A stretch of DNA of 64,000 bases. Source: Zootoca vivipara. Lineage: Eukaryota. Shown one piece after another: positions 1-12,900 of this stretch. Below the pieces are notes generated by a model. It did not search any database. It was not told the origin of the DNA and saw nothing but the letters and a program-made list of their open reading frames with translations. A program made the translations under genes and the position numbers. Every line of letters starts with the position of its first letter. Within the stretch, counting starts at the first letter, position 1. Where the stretch lies: NCBI RefSeq assembly GCF_963506605.1, contig NC_083288.1, positions 46,810,001 to 46,874,000 of the forward strand. The letters run 5' to 3'.

Positions 1-813
1 GAAATGAAATGGCAATGTATCTTACATTTACAAAGTAAATGTTACATGAATTTACCCCATGGATAGCCAGGTGAATAATTTAGTTTTTGATGGAAGTCAA
101 AGTTTAGTGGAATGGAATCAACACTTCCAGGGAGGGGAATTACAGGGAGGAATGCAAAGCAATGCGTTTTTAATTCCTAGTCTCGTGAAGAACACTTCAA
201 AAACTAAGTAAATAATGAAATAATAAATAGTTTCCATGACTTTAAGAAGCATGAGCTTAGAATTTGAGATAGGAAATTGTGAGAATACTTTGTACTACTA
301 AAAGGTGTTTTGTGGGTGGGTATTTATCAGGTGGATAGATTTTGAAACAGCGCTTGTTCTCTCTCTCTCTCTCCTCCACATTACCTGTATTTTTTCTTTC
401 CATTTTCACCATTTCCCTCCACAATATCTATACTATGTACTACGTAGGGATTGTACATTCATATGGGGAAAATAAAACCAAACATACAAAGCCTTCTCCC
501 CCATTTTTTATGGTGAAAGAAAAGTCTGTGTTGAACATCTCTTAGCTTAATAAACTCAGACAGTGATAGAGAATGAGAAGTGCTCAGAGATGAACCTCTT
601 GGAACTTTCTCAATTATGTAAATGCTTCTTTGTGAACCAGTAGAATTATTCATGCACCTGAAGTATTTTTATCCCCTTATTCAGCCACTTAAAGGCCAAC
701 AAACCAGCTTGCATACAACAGCGAGAAGGAACTTACTGCTTTTAGGCATAAAATCTGGAAGACATGAGACAAAAGGAATGGGGATTTGAAGGGGTAAGTG
801 GGGAGACCCTTAC

Positions 814-1109
814 TATGGAATTGTGAACATATTCTGTGAAGGCTGTTCTCTGAAGAAAACTTCATAGAATACATAAAAGATCTGAGAAGAAATCCCACCG
901 ATGATGAGGCCACCTGGCTGGTACCATTCATGAGGAACAGGAAAGGGGCCACTGGTGGGACACCTGGTCGTATCTGCATGGCACACACCAGGCACTTGCA
1001 AAAACAGCAACACCAATAGACAAAACTTATTTCGTCTTTCCACAATCCTTGTAAAAAGAAATGCCTCCCGGTCTGTGCATTTATTGGCACATCCTCTGTT
1101 GATTTCCAT
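814..1109 (-). CDS. Exon 1 of a minus-strand V2R (D-like copy, D'); the rest of the gene would lie left of the window
   Basis: Encodes FCLLVLLFLQVPGVCH...[18 protein letters not shown], the V2R exon-1 motif shared with the + strand genes. Phase-2 donor CCA TA|GTAAGG at 814/813. Nearly identical to 50924-51219. The start codon is uncertain (nearest in-frame ATG at 1109). Confidence 0.75.
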
Positions 1110-2134
1110 CACTTTAATTGTTCTATAGTTTGCTGCTCTCGTTTCCTTTGAGAGGAAGGGATTACATTGGGTTAGGAATTTCTCTGCCAATACTATTCTA
1201 AAAGAGGTTTGAGAGTTGCATTTTAGAAACAGGGAGTTACCAATGGAGCCTTGATTAGAAGGTGAGGTTTCAATTTTGGCCAATAATGGGGAAATGTGAG
1301 AAATGAAATGAACATGGCCATGCCTGGAAGCTGCCCCTACACTAACTATTCTGCTGAATAGGGTATTATTTATTCTAACAACTTCAAGGCTTGCATATTG
1401 ACTCATTTCAAGTGGCTACTGCAAAGCCCCTTGAGCTTTGATGAATTGAACAAAATACAATGATTTGGTTAATTGCATGGAGAGACATTTTTTTTCCAGA
1501 GAATTAGTGCAGAGTAGCACTTTTGGTAACCAATGCATTGGGTTGGATTTGTTTTCTAAACTGTGACTCCATGTTACCTCTGCCCACGGGTGGCCCACAA
1601 AGTGGCAAGTGGCTTGAAATCTTCCGTCATGAGCAAATATTGCCAGGAAAGTCAGAGTGAAGCCATTTCTTTTGTAGATGCAAATCACAGTCAATTCTGT
1701 TTTTGAAATATAGGCATTGTTATGATCAAGTATGATTTTAGTTCTGTGCATTGTAAGCCACCCTGAAATAATGTGATTAAGAATGATATCAAAGTCTTCA
1801 AACAACCCCATATTTCATTTATACTGGGGCTTGGGATGTAATCCTGCAACACCAGGGAAATGATCTTGGTGCCCAAAACATGCAAATCAATATCAATAAA
1901 ATTCAAAAATTCAGGGGCCATTTTTTTTTTGGGGGGGGGACCCAGTCAGTAGAGATAAAATGATCACCAGGGCTAACTGGCCAAGTTGGTCCTTCTAAGG
2001 CCAGCAAGGAGACCGGGGAAGAATTTAAATGTGGGGTCCCAGAAAGGGTTTCTTCATAGAAGAGGAAAGAGAAAAGGGAATAGAGGATCAGGCTAATTCA
2101 AATTGAAGGCCAAGTGGAATAGCTCTGTCTTACA

Positions 2135-3228
2135 GGCATGTCTAAATCTGAGAATGGGGGACAAGTTGCCAACCAGAGAGTGCAAAGACTTGCTTGAATG
2201 GGGGAGCAGGAAAGGACAATGGAGTTGGCCAGTCTTTTCCCCACCCACGTCCTCAGGCTGGACCTGGTTTGGTGGCCATGAAAGCTACAACTACGGTAAT
2301 GGTTTTGGCCAACACACAAGAAACAGCCACAGAGAAAATGATGCCAAAAGTAGGTTGTCTGAGAAAGCAGGCCATTTCTCCTGGTCTACCAAGGAATAGC
2401 AAATAAGATTGAAAGCAGATCAGAAGAGAGATGAGGAGTGTAGGTGAGGTCTCGGTTGTTGGCATTGACAATGGGTGTATTTCTGTGCTTCACAAAAACT
2501 AATACTGTAACACACTAAAGTTGTGACAATGGAGAAAGAAAGAGCAATTGAGGCTAGGCTGATTCCTAAGGGTTCTTTATATGAAAGGAAGCTGATAGTT
2601 TTGGGGATGCATCCATGTTTGTTCCTGTTTGGATATTGGTCTTCTGGGCATCTGAAACAGTCATCCATATCTGAAAAACAGACACAGGTCGAATTCCAAA
2701 TGTGATTCATATACTTCCTCTGCCTCCCAGAAACTCAGCAGTTCAGAAACAGTATTTTGAGTGTTATTCCTTGGATTTTAACCCCTATTTTAACAGTTTA
2801 AAGGGGTTGCAAATCCTTTTGTGTGCTCTCACTGAATTGAATGGGAGAACTAGATCATTTTGACTCTTTTAGATCTTAAACTCAAATCAATGTAAAATGT
2901 ATTGCATGATGTTCATTCATTTTTTCAAAATGTTCTTTGAAATATAATGCAAGTCAACAAAGAAACATTCTATTAACAGCATGCGATCAGACATTAATTA
3001 GTATATTTTAGGCCCCAAAGCAGTTCTCTTATGAAAATAAAAATGAATTCTTTGTCACACACCATTCTGGTCTGAAATCTTCCCTTCTGGACATGGAGCA
3101 CAATCATAGCAGCAATTTCCCCCCCTTCCTTCCTTTTCTTCTGATGACCAGGGGGGCACACACAGAAATAGGCACCACCTATCCATAAGGAGGAAAGAAA
3201 ATTCAGATGGGAGCACATCTCCATTCCT

Positions 3229-3286
<58 letters not shown>

Positions 3287-3660
3287 TCTATTTGTTTTCT
3301 TTTTTGCTCTCGAACTTGAAATACTCATCTCAGAAATTTTAAATATAAACCTGTCCTATAAAAGTACAGCACAAATCCCTAAAAAGGTGGATAAGAAAGC
3401 TGATCACTGGTGCAACTGGCTGTTTTTGATTACAGAACAGTGTTTATTTTCAAAGCCTACAAATGAGCATTGGATTCTGTTCAATGGAATAGAGAGAGAG
3501 AGAGCAGGGCCCACAGTAATACCCCAGGACCCATACCCTTGTGCCATGTTATCATGTCCTCATGAATGATGATTTTTCTTGATTCAAGAGCATCGTCATC
3601 CACCTGTCCAACTTTCACTTGATGGAAGGACATGTATGGGAATGTAACTATATTCCAAAC
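2135..3660 (-). pseudogene. V2R pseudogene fragment P1 (remnant exon 4 about 3530-3660, exon 5 3063-3178, 5' part of exon 6 about 2135-2670)
   Basis: Fragments [45 protein letters not shown] and [36 protein letters not shown] lie in shifting frames. Exon 5 has a deletion, the 7TM exon is cut after the DLDM motif, and exons 1-3 are absent. Confidence 0.9.
3231..3279. repeat. (TA)n microsatellite (paralogous copy at about 53266-53301)
   Basis: Read directly from the sequence. Confidence 0.95.
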
Positions 3661-4139
3661 ACAGCCACCCACCCACCCACCAACACTGCAACCCTCACCC
3701 ATTCATCAACAAGAGGAGAATTAATCAATTGCTTTCCCTGGCTTTTTCTCTTTTTTTCTTAACACCCCCCCCCAGTTTTTTATGTTAACATTATTTCCAT
3801 ACACTCCAAACAATTCAGAATGAACTGCCCTGCAATGCACAATTTGTGGGGCTGTCCCTGATGTCCCTGAGGCTGGCTTTTGCAGCTAGTGCAAAATGCA
3901 GTGGCTCAGTTGCTGACTGGGACAGAATTTCACCATCATATTATGGCACTATTGATGATAGAACTGAAATGCCTGAAAACAAGGTCAAGGTGCAGCTTGG
4001 GATCAGAATACTTAAAAGACGCTCTTCCCAAAGTGAACAACTGAATCTAAGGATACAATTTTCCTCCTATTCAGCGTCCAACTATCCCTCTAGAAGCTTA
4101 ATGGGAAGAAGGGACTAGTCATGAAAGTGTATTGAGCAG

Positions 4140-6003
4140 GACTTCCGGTCTGCGCCATCAGCCGCCGGCGGGGTTCGTCTCGGCTCCCGAGACACCCACC
4201 GCTACCGAGGAGGGGGGGAGTCGCGTGGGCGCCGCGACCCCCCGGAGAAGCCTCAGATTGTGCGTTCTGAGGGCTGGGATACCCAGCGGGCTCCAGAAAG
4301 CCATGGAAACTGCCCGGAGAGCCCCCGTCGGAGCCTCCGAGAGCAGGCTGCACATGGCGGAGCCTTGGGTCCATTGCTACCTCGGTAGCGGAAAGCTCCG
4401 AGCCGGAGACAGAGGAGCGGCAGATACCTTCAAATTAAGATTCGGACTGTGAGTAAGACAATTTTATTGGATTTAAAAATAAGAATTTGGACCTGGGAGG
4501 GGAATAAAAAACGGAGGTCGTTCCCCCCCCCCTACCCGGAAGGCTGCGACACAACTAACTTGCCTGCAGCCGATCGAAGAGAAGGGGTGAGGATACCCCT
4601 GAAAAATTGAACTTGTGTACCCCCTTAGAAGGCAGAACTAAGGGGGGGGGAATATATGCTTTAGACTGCATCGATAATCATATTATTGTGACAAAGAACC
4701 CCCCCCCCCGGAAACCGGGGGCAGGAACCTAAAGCCGCGACCAGCTGACAAATATAAGGATTTACAAAGAGTAACTGCTGTGACTCTGTGATATTTTTTG
4801 GATTATATCTAAGTTGACCGATGTAATAAAGAGGAGAACTGGAAAAGTTGGACTAAGAATTTAAATTATAAAGGATAAATATGGTTGGAAATAAACAAAG
4901 GAACTAGTCTGGACATTATAGCACCATCTCTGGCGGATCAAGTTATAATTCCCACGGGAACACAGAAGGACAAAGAAGGCTGCCAGCCAAAACAACCCTC
5001 TTACAAATGGAGGAGGTCGAACTGCAGTATATTCTAGACTTTATTAAAGAAATGACAGAGGAAATACGTCATGGTAAAGGAAATATTCAGACTTTAAAAG
5101 AAGATCAGCAACAGATATATCCAATGGAGACTTTAGAATTGCAACAAGAAGAAATCATTGAACAACAGGCAGAAAATAGGGAGCAACGGACTGAGAAATC
5201 AATGCAACCTGTGAGAGAGGAAGCATTGATCACCTATGTGACTTTGGACGCTAAGGACCAAGATGGACCCTGGGATCTGGTCTGCTCAGTGAGAGAGGGC
5301 GACCAGATCCCAGAAGGAAACAAACAAGTTGAGGAGGGAGGAAAGAGTCTGGCCTTTGCCCCCCCAGTGAGAGTGAGGGGACGCAGGCCAGACAGAAGAT
5401 TGGAAATAGGGGACAGTGGAAATAAATATGAGGGTGGGAGGCTGGTGGAAGAATTAAAACAATGGAAGGGGAAGAAGGAGGAATGGGATGGTTTAGATTG
5501 GTTAAGAGTGGGAGTGGGGTAAAGAAGGAATATAAGGTAGAGGAATGGATGGATTAAAATGTTTGAAATTGGATGATATGAAGACGCTGGCCGGGGAAAA
5601 AAGGGAAACTGCTACCTGGGGAGGGAGGGGGTGGGTTTGGAGGTTTAGTTAAAAGATTGGATAGAATCTGAATTAGGCAAAGGTATATCTTTTTAGGGGG
5701 AAATTATAGGCTAAAGGAAATTATTAGAAATAGTTAAGAGTAATATAGTTCAAAACCTAATAGAATTTATTGTGTGGGGTATAAAAAAGAAGTTGTGAAG
5801 TTGGATATGGAATTGACCCGGGAGGGGAGGGACGGGGAAGTCGGGGACAAGATATTGTTAGAGATACTATTTTTCTTTCTTTTTTCCTTTTTTTCCCCTT
5901 TTTTTTCTTAATTTTTTTTCTTCTTTTATTTTTCAAGCTTTTGTATTTTTGTGCTGTATTTTTTTTATTGTTAAAAACCTCAATAAATATAATTTTTTTA
6001 AAA
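4140..6003 (+). mobile_element. Non-autonomous L1-like retroelement (1.86 kb; CpG-rich 5' end, short ORF 5007-5522, L1-type 3' tail)
   Basis: 16-bp TSD AAAGTGTATTGAGCAG at 4124-4139 and 6004-6019. Begins GACTTCCGG and ends with a T-rich tract, AATAAA and an A tail. The empty site is seen in paralogous copies near 14960, 30990, 39515, 55862 and 63950. No RT or endonuclease ORF. Confidence 0.85.
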
Positions 6004-6151
6004 AAAGTGTATTGAGCAGAAGGATGCAAATTTTCTTTCAACATTTTCTGCTTTCAGTTGCAAAACAAAATGGATTCACTTTGACTTTCCTGCTAGAATT
6101 CACTTGTCATGGAAGACATTGAGGTAAATGCCACCTTTTGTGCTTCTAATA

Positions 6152-6474
6152 CAGGCTCGTCCAACAGGTAGATCATGATCTGCTGGTAGACCACTGGACC
6201 TCTGTGGTAGATCACTGGCTCCCCCCCCCCAAAGAAGCTCAACAACTTTGGCTCCCCTAAAGAAAGCTCAATATTTTTGCCCTGCACCCCTCAAAATGTG
6301 GCTTTCAACCTCCCTAAAACATCAACAACTTCGACGTGAACCCCCCAAAACGGGACTTTCCATCCTAAAAAAACCCTCAACAACTTTGACCTGAACCCCC
6401 CAAAAGGGGGTAGATCAGTGCCAGTTTTTAACTCTGTGAGTAGATCACAGTCTCTTGGGAGTTGCCCACCCCTG
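6152..6474. mobile_element. Old hAT-type MITE upstream of exon 1 (copies at about 31138-31475, 41370-41500 and 56009-56330)
   Basis: Imperfect TIRs CAGGCTCGTCCAAC...GTTGCCCACCCCTG, degenerate 8-bp TSD (TTCTAATA/CTCTAATG), internal GGTAGATCAC repeats. Confidence 0.6.
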
Positions 6475-6996
6475 CTCTAATGGATAGAGGTAACATGTAG
6501 GCTTTTTGAAAATAAACTCAGGACTCAAAATGTTGTTTTTTATAAAGCGACCCTTGGAACTGAAATTAAATCTTTTACTGATTTTTCAACCTACAATTAT
6601 TCAAATCACTATAATCTGTGCATCTGGTCAGAACTCCAGAGGCATTTCAGAAGGCACGAGAAAGCTGTCAATGAACAGCCATGAAAGAGATTATATTAGA
6701 TGAAACTCTGCACAATGAATAGATAGGAGTAGTCAAGAGGCAGGCATGACTTTCATTCTTCTTTCTCCCTTTTTCTTTTTTTTATATTATTGGTCAGACT
6801 AGCAATCAGAGTTTTGGAAATCTCACCTATCGGCCAAAGCATGTGTTCATACTCTTTTGATTCTAAAATAAGGTGTGCCAATCTCCCTTGTTGTGCTGTA
6901 GTGACAGAGAGGTCTCATGCAATCTATGTTAAATTAGTCTGCAGGTACTGAAGGGCACAAGAGCATCCACATTTTCTGAGACGCTTGACTACAAGG

Positions 6997-9900
6997 ATGC
7001 TGTGGTCATTCACTTTGCTTTTTCTGTTGCCTCATGTTTTGTGCAAAGCAGCTATGAGGTGCCCTGAGACTGAAACATTTCCTGTTCCCCATGAGTGGTA
7101 CCAGTCAGGTGGCCTCATCATCGGTGGGATTGCTTCTCAGTTCTATTATTGCATCATTGAAGATTTATTCAAGGAAAACCCTTCACAGAATCTGTTTGAT
7201 GATAATCCACAGTAAGAGACTCCCCCTCCCCCTTCATTTGTGGCATTAATCCTTCCCAGTACTTTAGTATTGTGCATCCTACTAAGTTGGCAGGCAGTAA
7301 ATGATCGCTTTGACCTTTTGATTAATGATCATCCTTTCTATTTTGATAAGCAATATGGAGATGTGATTTGTACGGTATGCATAGTTTTAATTGCACCAAA
7401 TGGATAGTTTTAATTGCACCAAATGGACCAACAAGAGGAGGATGGAGAGGATACTACTGTACCTAGTCTTGGGGCACAGACTCTTTTAATCTTCCTAGAA
7501 CATATATCATGAATCAGGGACTGTTTGAGTGAATTTCTTTGAAATATTGCTACTTTCCTGGGCTACATGCATAGAATGGTCACCTGTAAGTTAGCCAGTT
7601 TGAGTAAAAAGAGAAAGAGGGGGAGATTGTTGTTGTCTTTTGAGGGTGGCAGGCAACTGAGATTAAAGGTCAAACAAGACATAATACAGAGATGGATGGT
7701 ATATATTATTTTAGAGCCATCATAAAAGACAAAGTTAGTTCAATATACATCGGTTTGAGACAGAAATGGCCATTTGTTTTGTCTACTTCCTGCATTGTAC
7801 AATTCTCCTCTGAAATTTTTAAACTGACCTCATTTGCAGCATGGTAACAAAATTCTACCAGCACATCCTGGCCTTGGCATTTGCTGTAAAAGTGATCAAT
7901 GAGAATCCCAACCTCTTGCCCAATGTCACCCTGGGGTTCCACATCTACGACAGCTATTATGATGCAAGGATTACATATCGTAACACTTTGGACCTGCTCT
8001 TTAAAATGCATAGATTTGCTCCCAACTACAAATGTGACTCACAGAAAAACCTCATAGCCATCATCGGAGGACTTAGCTCTGATACCTCTTTCCATATGGA
8101 TGATACTTTAAGGCTCTACAAGATTCCACAAGTAGGTTTTATGCATAGGGACATGATCAACCCCTCCCCAACAAATCTCACTTTTCTCTTACCATTCCGA
8201 AAATGATTTTGAGATTCAGAATGTGAATATGACTGATCCTGAAGCACTAGAAGCTACAATGTCTATCAGAAACATAGATTACTCCTTAACAGTAGAGATT
8301 GTTAGACTAGTGAATGCAGAGAGCATTCAGCACCTTGGACACTTCCAACACAAGCACCCTGTTGTTTAGTCGTTTAGTCATGTCTGACTCTTGCTGACCC
8401 CATGAAACAGATCATGCCAGGCACTCCTGTCTTCCACTGCCTTCCGCAGTTTGGTCAGACTCATGTTCGTAGCTTCGGTCCAACCATCTGCAACACATAC
8501 ATACAGCACTTTGAGTATGTGAACTGCAGTTCTTCAACCCATATGGATCAAAGAAAACTGTTATGTCTTCCTCTGCCATGTGCATTGTGCATCTTATACA
8601 TGATTCCCTACAGTTGAACTAGAGTAGCATTCAGCTGGTGCATTGAGGAATTTGGCCAGCCTATCGGACATGGCAAAGATTTATCTAGGGTTAATCCAAC
8701 TAGTGCGGCTTCTCTCCAATACTAAATTTCCACAAAGTAATTCCACAATAGGATTGGACTCTACAAATGAAACAAAAGGACATTTCTGACAAGACATGAA
8801 TACTTTATGAAAGAAAATATCCAGAAAGTGGAAAATGTCACCACAACTCTAGAATATTGAGCTGGAAGCATCCTTCAGTTTAACTTTCTGGAAACCTCAA
8901 AATTGCTTCAACAAACATTTCTTGAATGAAGACAGACCACATGCTCAAAATAATTGTTTATACTTAGGTAGCATTATTATGTCTGTTCTTTTCCTTGTAG
9001 CTTGCATATGGCTCATTTCCCCAAGAGGAGAGTGATATAGATAGCTTCATTTCCTTTTACCGCATGGTGCCCAATGAAGCTCATCAGTATATGGCGATCA
9101 TCAATTTGCTCCAGCATTTTGGATGGACATGGGTTGGAATCTTTGTTACAGATGATGACGGAGGAGAAAATTTCTTGCAGGCTCTGGAGCAATTGCTCTA
9201 CCAGCATGGGATCTGCTCAGCCTTAACACAAAGAATGGGAAAAATAGCTCGTTTTGATATGTTGGGTGAATTTTTTGAGATACTTAATAGGTATTATGTG
9301 GATCTCACAAATGACAAAGCCAATGCATTCATCGTCTATGGAGATTCTCAGACATTGACCTGGCTGAGATTTGTTATATTTCTACGAGATCCTGAAAATA
9401 AGGAAAACTCAACATTAGGAAAAGTGTGGATCATGACAACACAAATTGATTTCGTATTAATGAGTTTTCAAAAGTCTTGGGATCTTGAGCTCTTTCAAGG
9501 TGCCATTTCCTTCACCATTCACTCAAAAGAGCTTCTCGAGTTCAGTGAATTTCTTCAGAGCATAAAACCTTACTGGAATCCAGGTGATGGTTTTCTTAAG
9601 GACTTCTGGGAGCAAGCTTTTGACTGTCCATTTGCAGATCTGCTCATGCAAGATACTGAAACATGTACAGGGGAGAAGAAGTTAGAGGGTCTTCCTGGCC
9701 ATCTGTTTGAAATGGGCATGACTGGCCACAGCTACAGTATCTACAATGCTGTCTTTGTTGTGGCTCATGCTTTGCATGCTATTTATTCATACAGATCAAA
9801 GCACAAAAGGTTTGAACTTCAAGATCTGCAGCCTTGGCAGGTAACACGTTGCAAAATATTATTTCAGTGAGACAATTACCCGAAACCCAAACTTTATGAA

Positions 9901-12900
9901 ATAGGACATTTTCAAAGTTATTCCATTTTGTAACTTTTCTATCTGCTATATGAAAGTAGCTCATTTTTTATACTTGTTCTGTGTTAGGTGCCGATCCATA
10001 AGCAATATTCATACAGAAGGGAGTAACATAATGCAATCCAAATAGTATTTCAGTTAGCCAATTACTCCAAAGTGACACATCATAAAATGTGATATTTTTA
10101 AATAAAAGAGTGCCCCTTTCCCTGTATGTTTAGCATGCACAGTATTTTAGCCTTCTGTTACTTTGTTATAACTTTTCCATCCACTAGACCAGGTATCCCC
10201 AAACTGCGGCCTCCAGATGTTTTGGCCTACAACTCCCATGATCCCTAGCTAACAGGACCAGTGTTCAGGGATGATGGGAATTGTAGGCCAAAACATCTGG
10301 AGGGCCGAAGTTTGGGAATTCCTGCACTAGACTGAAATAGCACATTTTTTTTATATTTGGCCTTCACTATATGTATGTATAGGGGACCCAGGTGGCGCTG
10401 TGGTTAAACCACTGAACCTAGGGCTTGCTGATCAGAAGGTCAGCGGTTCGAATCCCTGTGACGGGGTGAGCTCCCGTTGCTTGGTCCCAGCTCCTGCCAA
10501 ACTAGCAGTTCGAAAGCACGTCAAAATGCAAGTAGATAAATAGGAACCGCTACAGCAGGAAGGTAAACGGCGTTTCCATGTGCTGCTCTGGTTTGCCAGA
10601 AGCGGCTTTGTCATGCTGGCCACATGACCTGGAAGCTATACGCCAGCTCCCTCGGCCAATAATGCGAGATGAGCGCGCAACCCTAGAGTCGGTCGCGACT
10701 GGACCTAATGGTCAGGGGTCCCTTTACCTTTACCTTTTATATGTATGTATATATTTCTTCCCCCCCTTTCCCTTTGAATCAGCTCCACTACTTTCTGCAA
10801 GGCATTTCATTTAACAACTCAGCAGGGGAAACAATGTCCTTTGATGAAAAAAGGGAAATGAGAAGCAGATTTGACATCACGAACATGATCACCTTCCCAA
10901 ACAAGTCCTTCTTTCGAATGAAAGTTGGATGTGTTGATCCTGATGCTCTTGAAGGAGAAGCATTCATCATTCATGAAGATATGATTGTATGGCACAGAGG
11001 TTTTAATCAGGTCTCTATTCTAGAAATCCGTCTCCACTGTTCTTATGATGTGTTCTTTGGGTGTCAGGAAATTCCATTTTCTTTAACACTGCTGTTTGTA
11101 TCTGATAGGGCAGAGGACAAATGTGGCTTCCTAGCACATTCAAATTTGATGTGGCTTTGAACTGCCTAGGGGAGGGGGAACCCTGCATTTCTGTAGAAGT
11201 ATTTTTTTCATTTATATTTACTATACCTTCCATATATAAAAAGCAAAGATTTGGCATATCCAATGAAATTGCTTCATAGCTGCCCATTCTCTAATCTCTC
11301 TTTCTATCTGGCCACATGACCCGGAAACTGTCTGCGGACAAACGCTGGCTCCCTCGGCCTATAGAGCGAGATGAGCGCCGCAAACCCAGGGTCGTCCACG
11401 ACTGCACCTAATGGTCAAGGGTACCTTTACCTTTAATAGATCCCATATGAAAGGTCCTATGTTCAATCCCTTGCATTTCCAGGCAGGGTTAAAATGAAGT
11501 CCAGGTGAGATGTTTTTCAATTGTTTTGCAGCATTTTGCAAAATATAGTGCATTTTGTTGAGCCCTCAAACTGTGTGGCTTACCTGCCAAATCAGGAGCC
11601 TTACCTGCCATCACAATCCATGAATGCAAAACTTTGGCACAGGTTTGGAGTGGATTGGACAGTATTGGATTTGGGGTGAGCAGGGTAGCACCTGGTTGGG
11701 GAATTCAGACAGTGATTGGAGAGCACCGCATAATGTTGAGTTTGTGCTGCAGAATGATTGCAAAATTTGTCATAGGTTTGGAGGGAATCCAAATAAGGGG
11801 GTTCATAGTTAATGCAGCTGTGTATGGCAGCTACTTATATTAAACCTTTTTATGCTGAGGGGTGAACTCCATTAAGAGAAGTCAAATAAGCAATTAGTTT
11901 CTCTGATCTCCTAAACTGCTTTTCTGCTATTGAAAGGTGATTCCCCTTTCTCTGTGTAATGACCACTGCCACCCTGGGAACCAGAAGAAAAAGAAAGAAG
12001 GGGAAAAGTTTTGTTGCTATGGGTGTGCTCCATGTCCAGAAGGGGAAATTTCAAACCAGGATGGTGAGTTATGTGGAAATCATATTTTGCATCCTACGAG
12101 GACACTGGACAGGGGGGGGGGGTGAGTTGGGGCACATGATAAAAATGCCTAACATCTGTGGAAGAATGGCAGATGAAATTGATGGATTATATGGAACTTG
12201 CTGAGATGACAGGGAGACTACGTGACCAGGGAGAAGAATTGGTGGAAGAAGACTGGGACCAAATTAGAATGTATTTTAAAAAAATATTGTAGAATTGAAT
12301 TTGGAAACAGATTTTCAAGTATATAGAAACTGAAGATTTTTGAATTATGTTAAAAAATGTGTGATGTTTGAGGGAAGTTTACTTTAAACCAGAATGATTT
12401 AAATTTAAGATATAGAATTTGCTAAAGAGAATTGGGAATGAACCGCAGAGGAGGGGAATTCGAGGAAGATTTTTTTTTTTTTTTAAAGTCATGAAAAGTA
12501 TAAGATTAGAAATTGTATTTTATGTTATTTTTATTTTTATTTTTTTAATTATTTAGGCTGCGTTGTATGTGGGTTATTTATCTATGTATGGTTAATGCTT
12601 TATGTGTTTATACAGTGGTACCTCGGTTTATGAACACAATTGGTTCCGGAAGTCTGTTCATAAACTGAAGCGTTCATAAACCGAAGCGAACTTTCCCATT
12701 GAAAGTAATGGAAAGTCAATTAATCCGTTCCAGGCAGTCCGCGGAGTAAGTGTTCATAAACTGAAGCAAACTTTCCCCTTGAAAGTAATGGAAAGTGGAT
12801 TAATCCGTTCCAGACGAGTCCGCAGAGTACTTAAACTGAAGCGTTCATAAACTGAAGCATGGGTGTAATTGGTTCCGGAAGTCTGTTCATAAACTGAAGC

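Noticed and set aside
2135-2670. Possibility that gene D splices to the P1 exon 6
   Set aside because: It is 43 kb away across other genes, and that exon is frameshifted and truncated.
10382-10460. tRNA-like sequence
   Set aside because: It is a SINE head with A and B boxes, followed by the SINE body and tail, not a tRNA gene.
11011-11160. Weak exon-4 donor (CAG|GTCTCT) with an open read-through frame, suggesting a truncated isoform
   Set aside because: Read-through length and sequence differ among A, B, C and E, so nothing indicates constraint.
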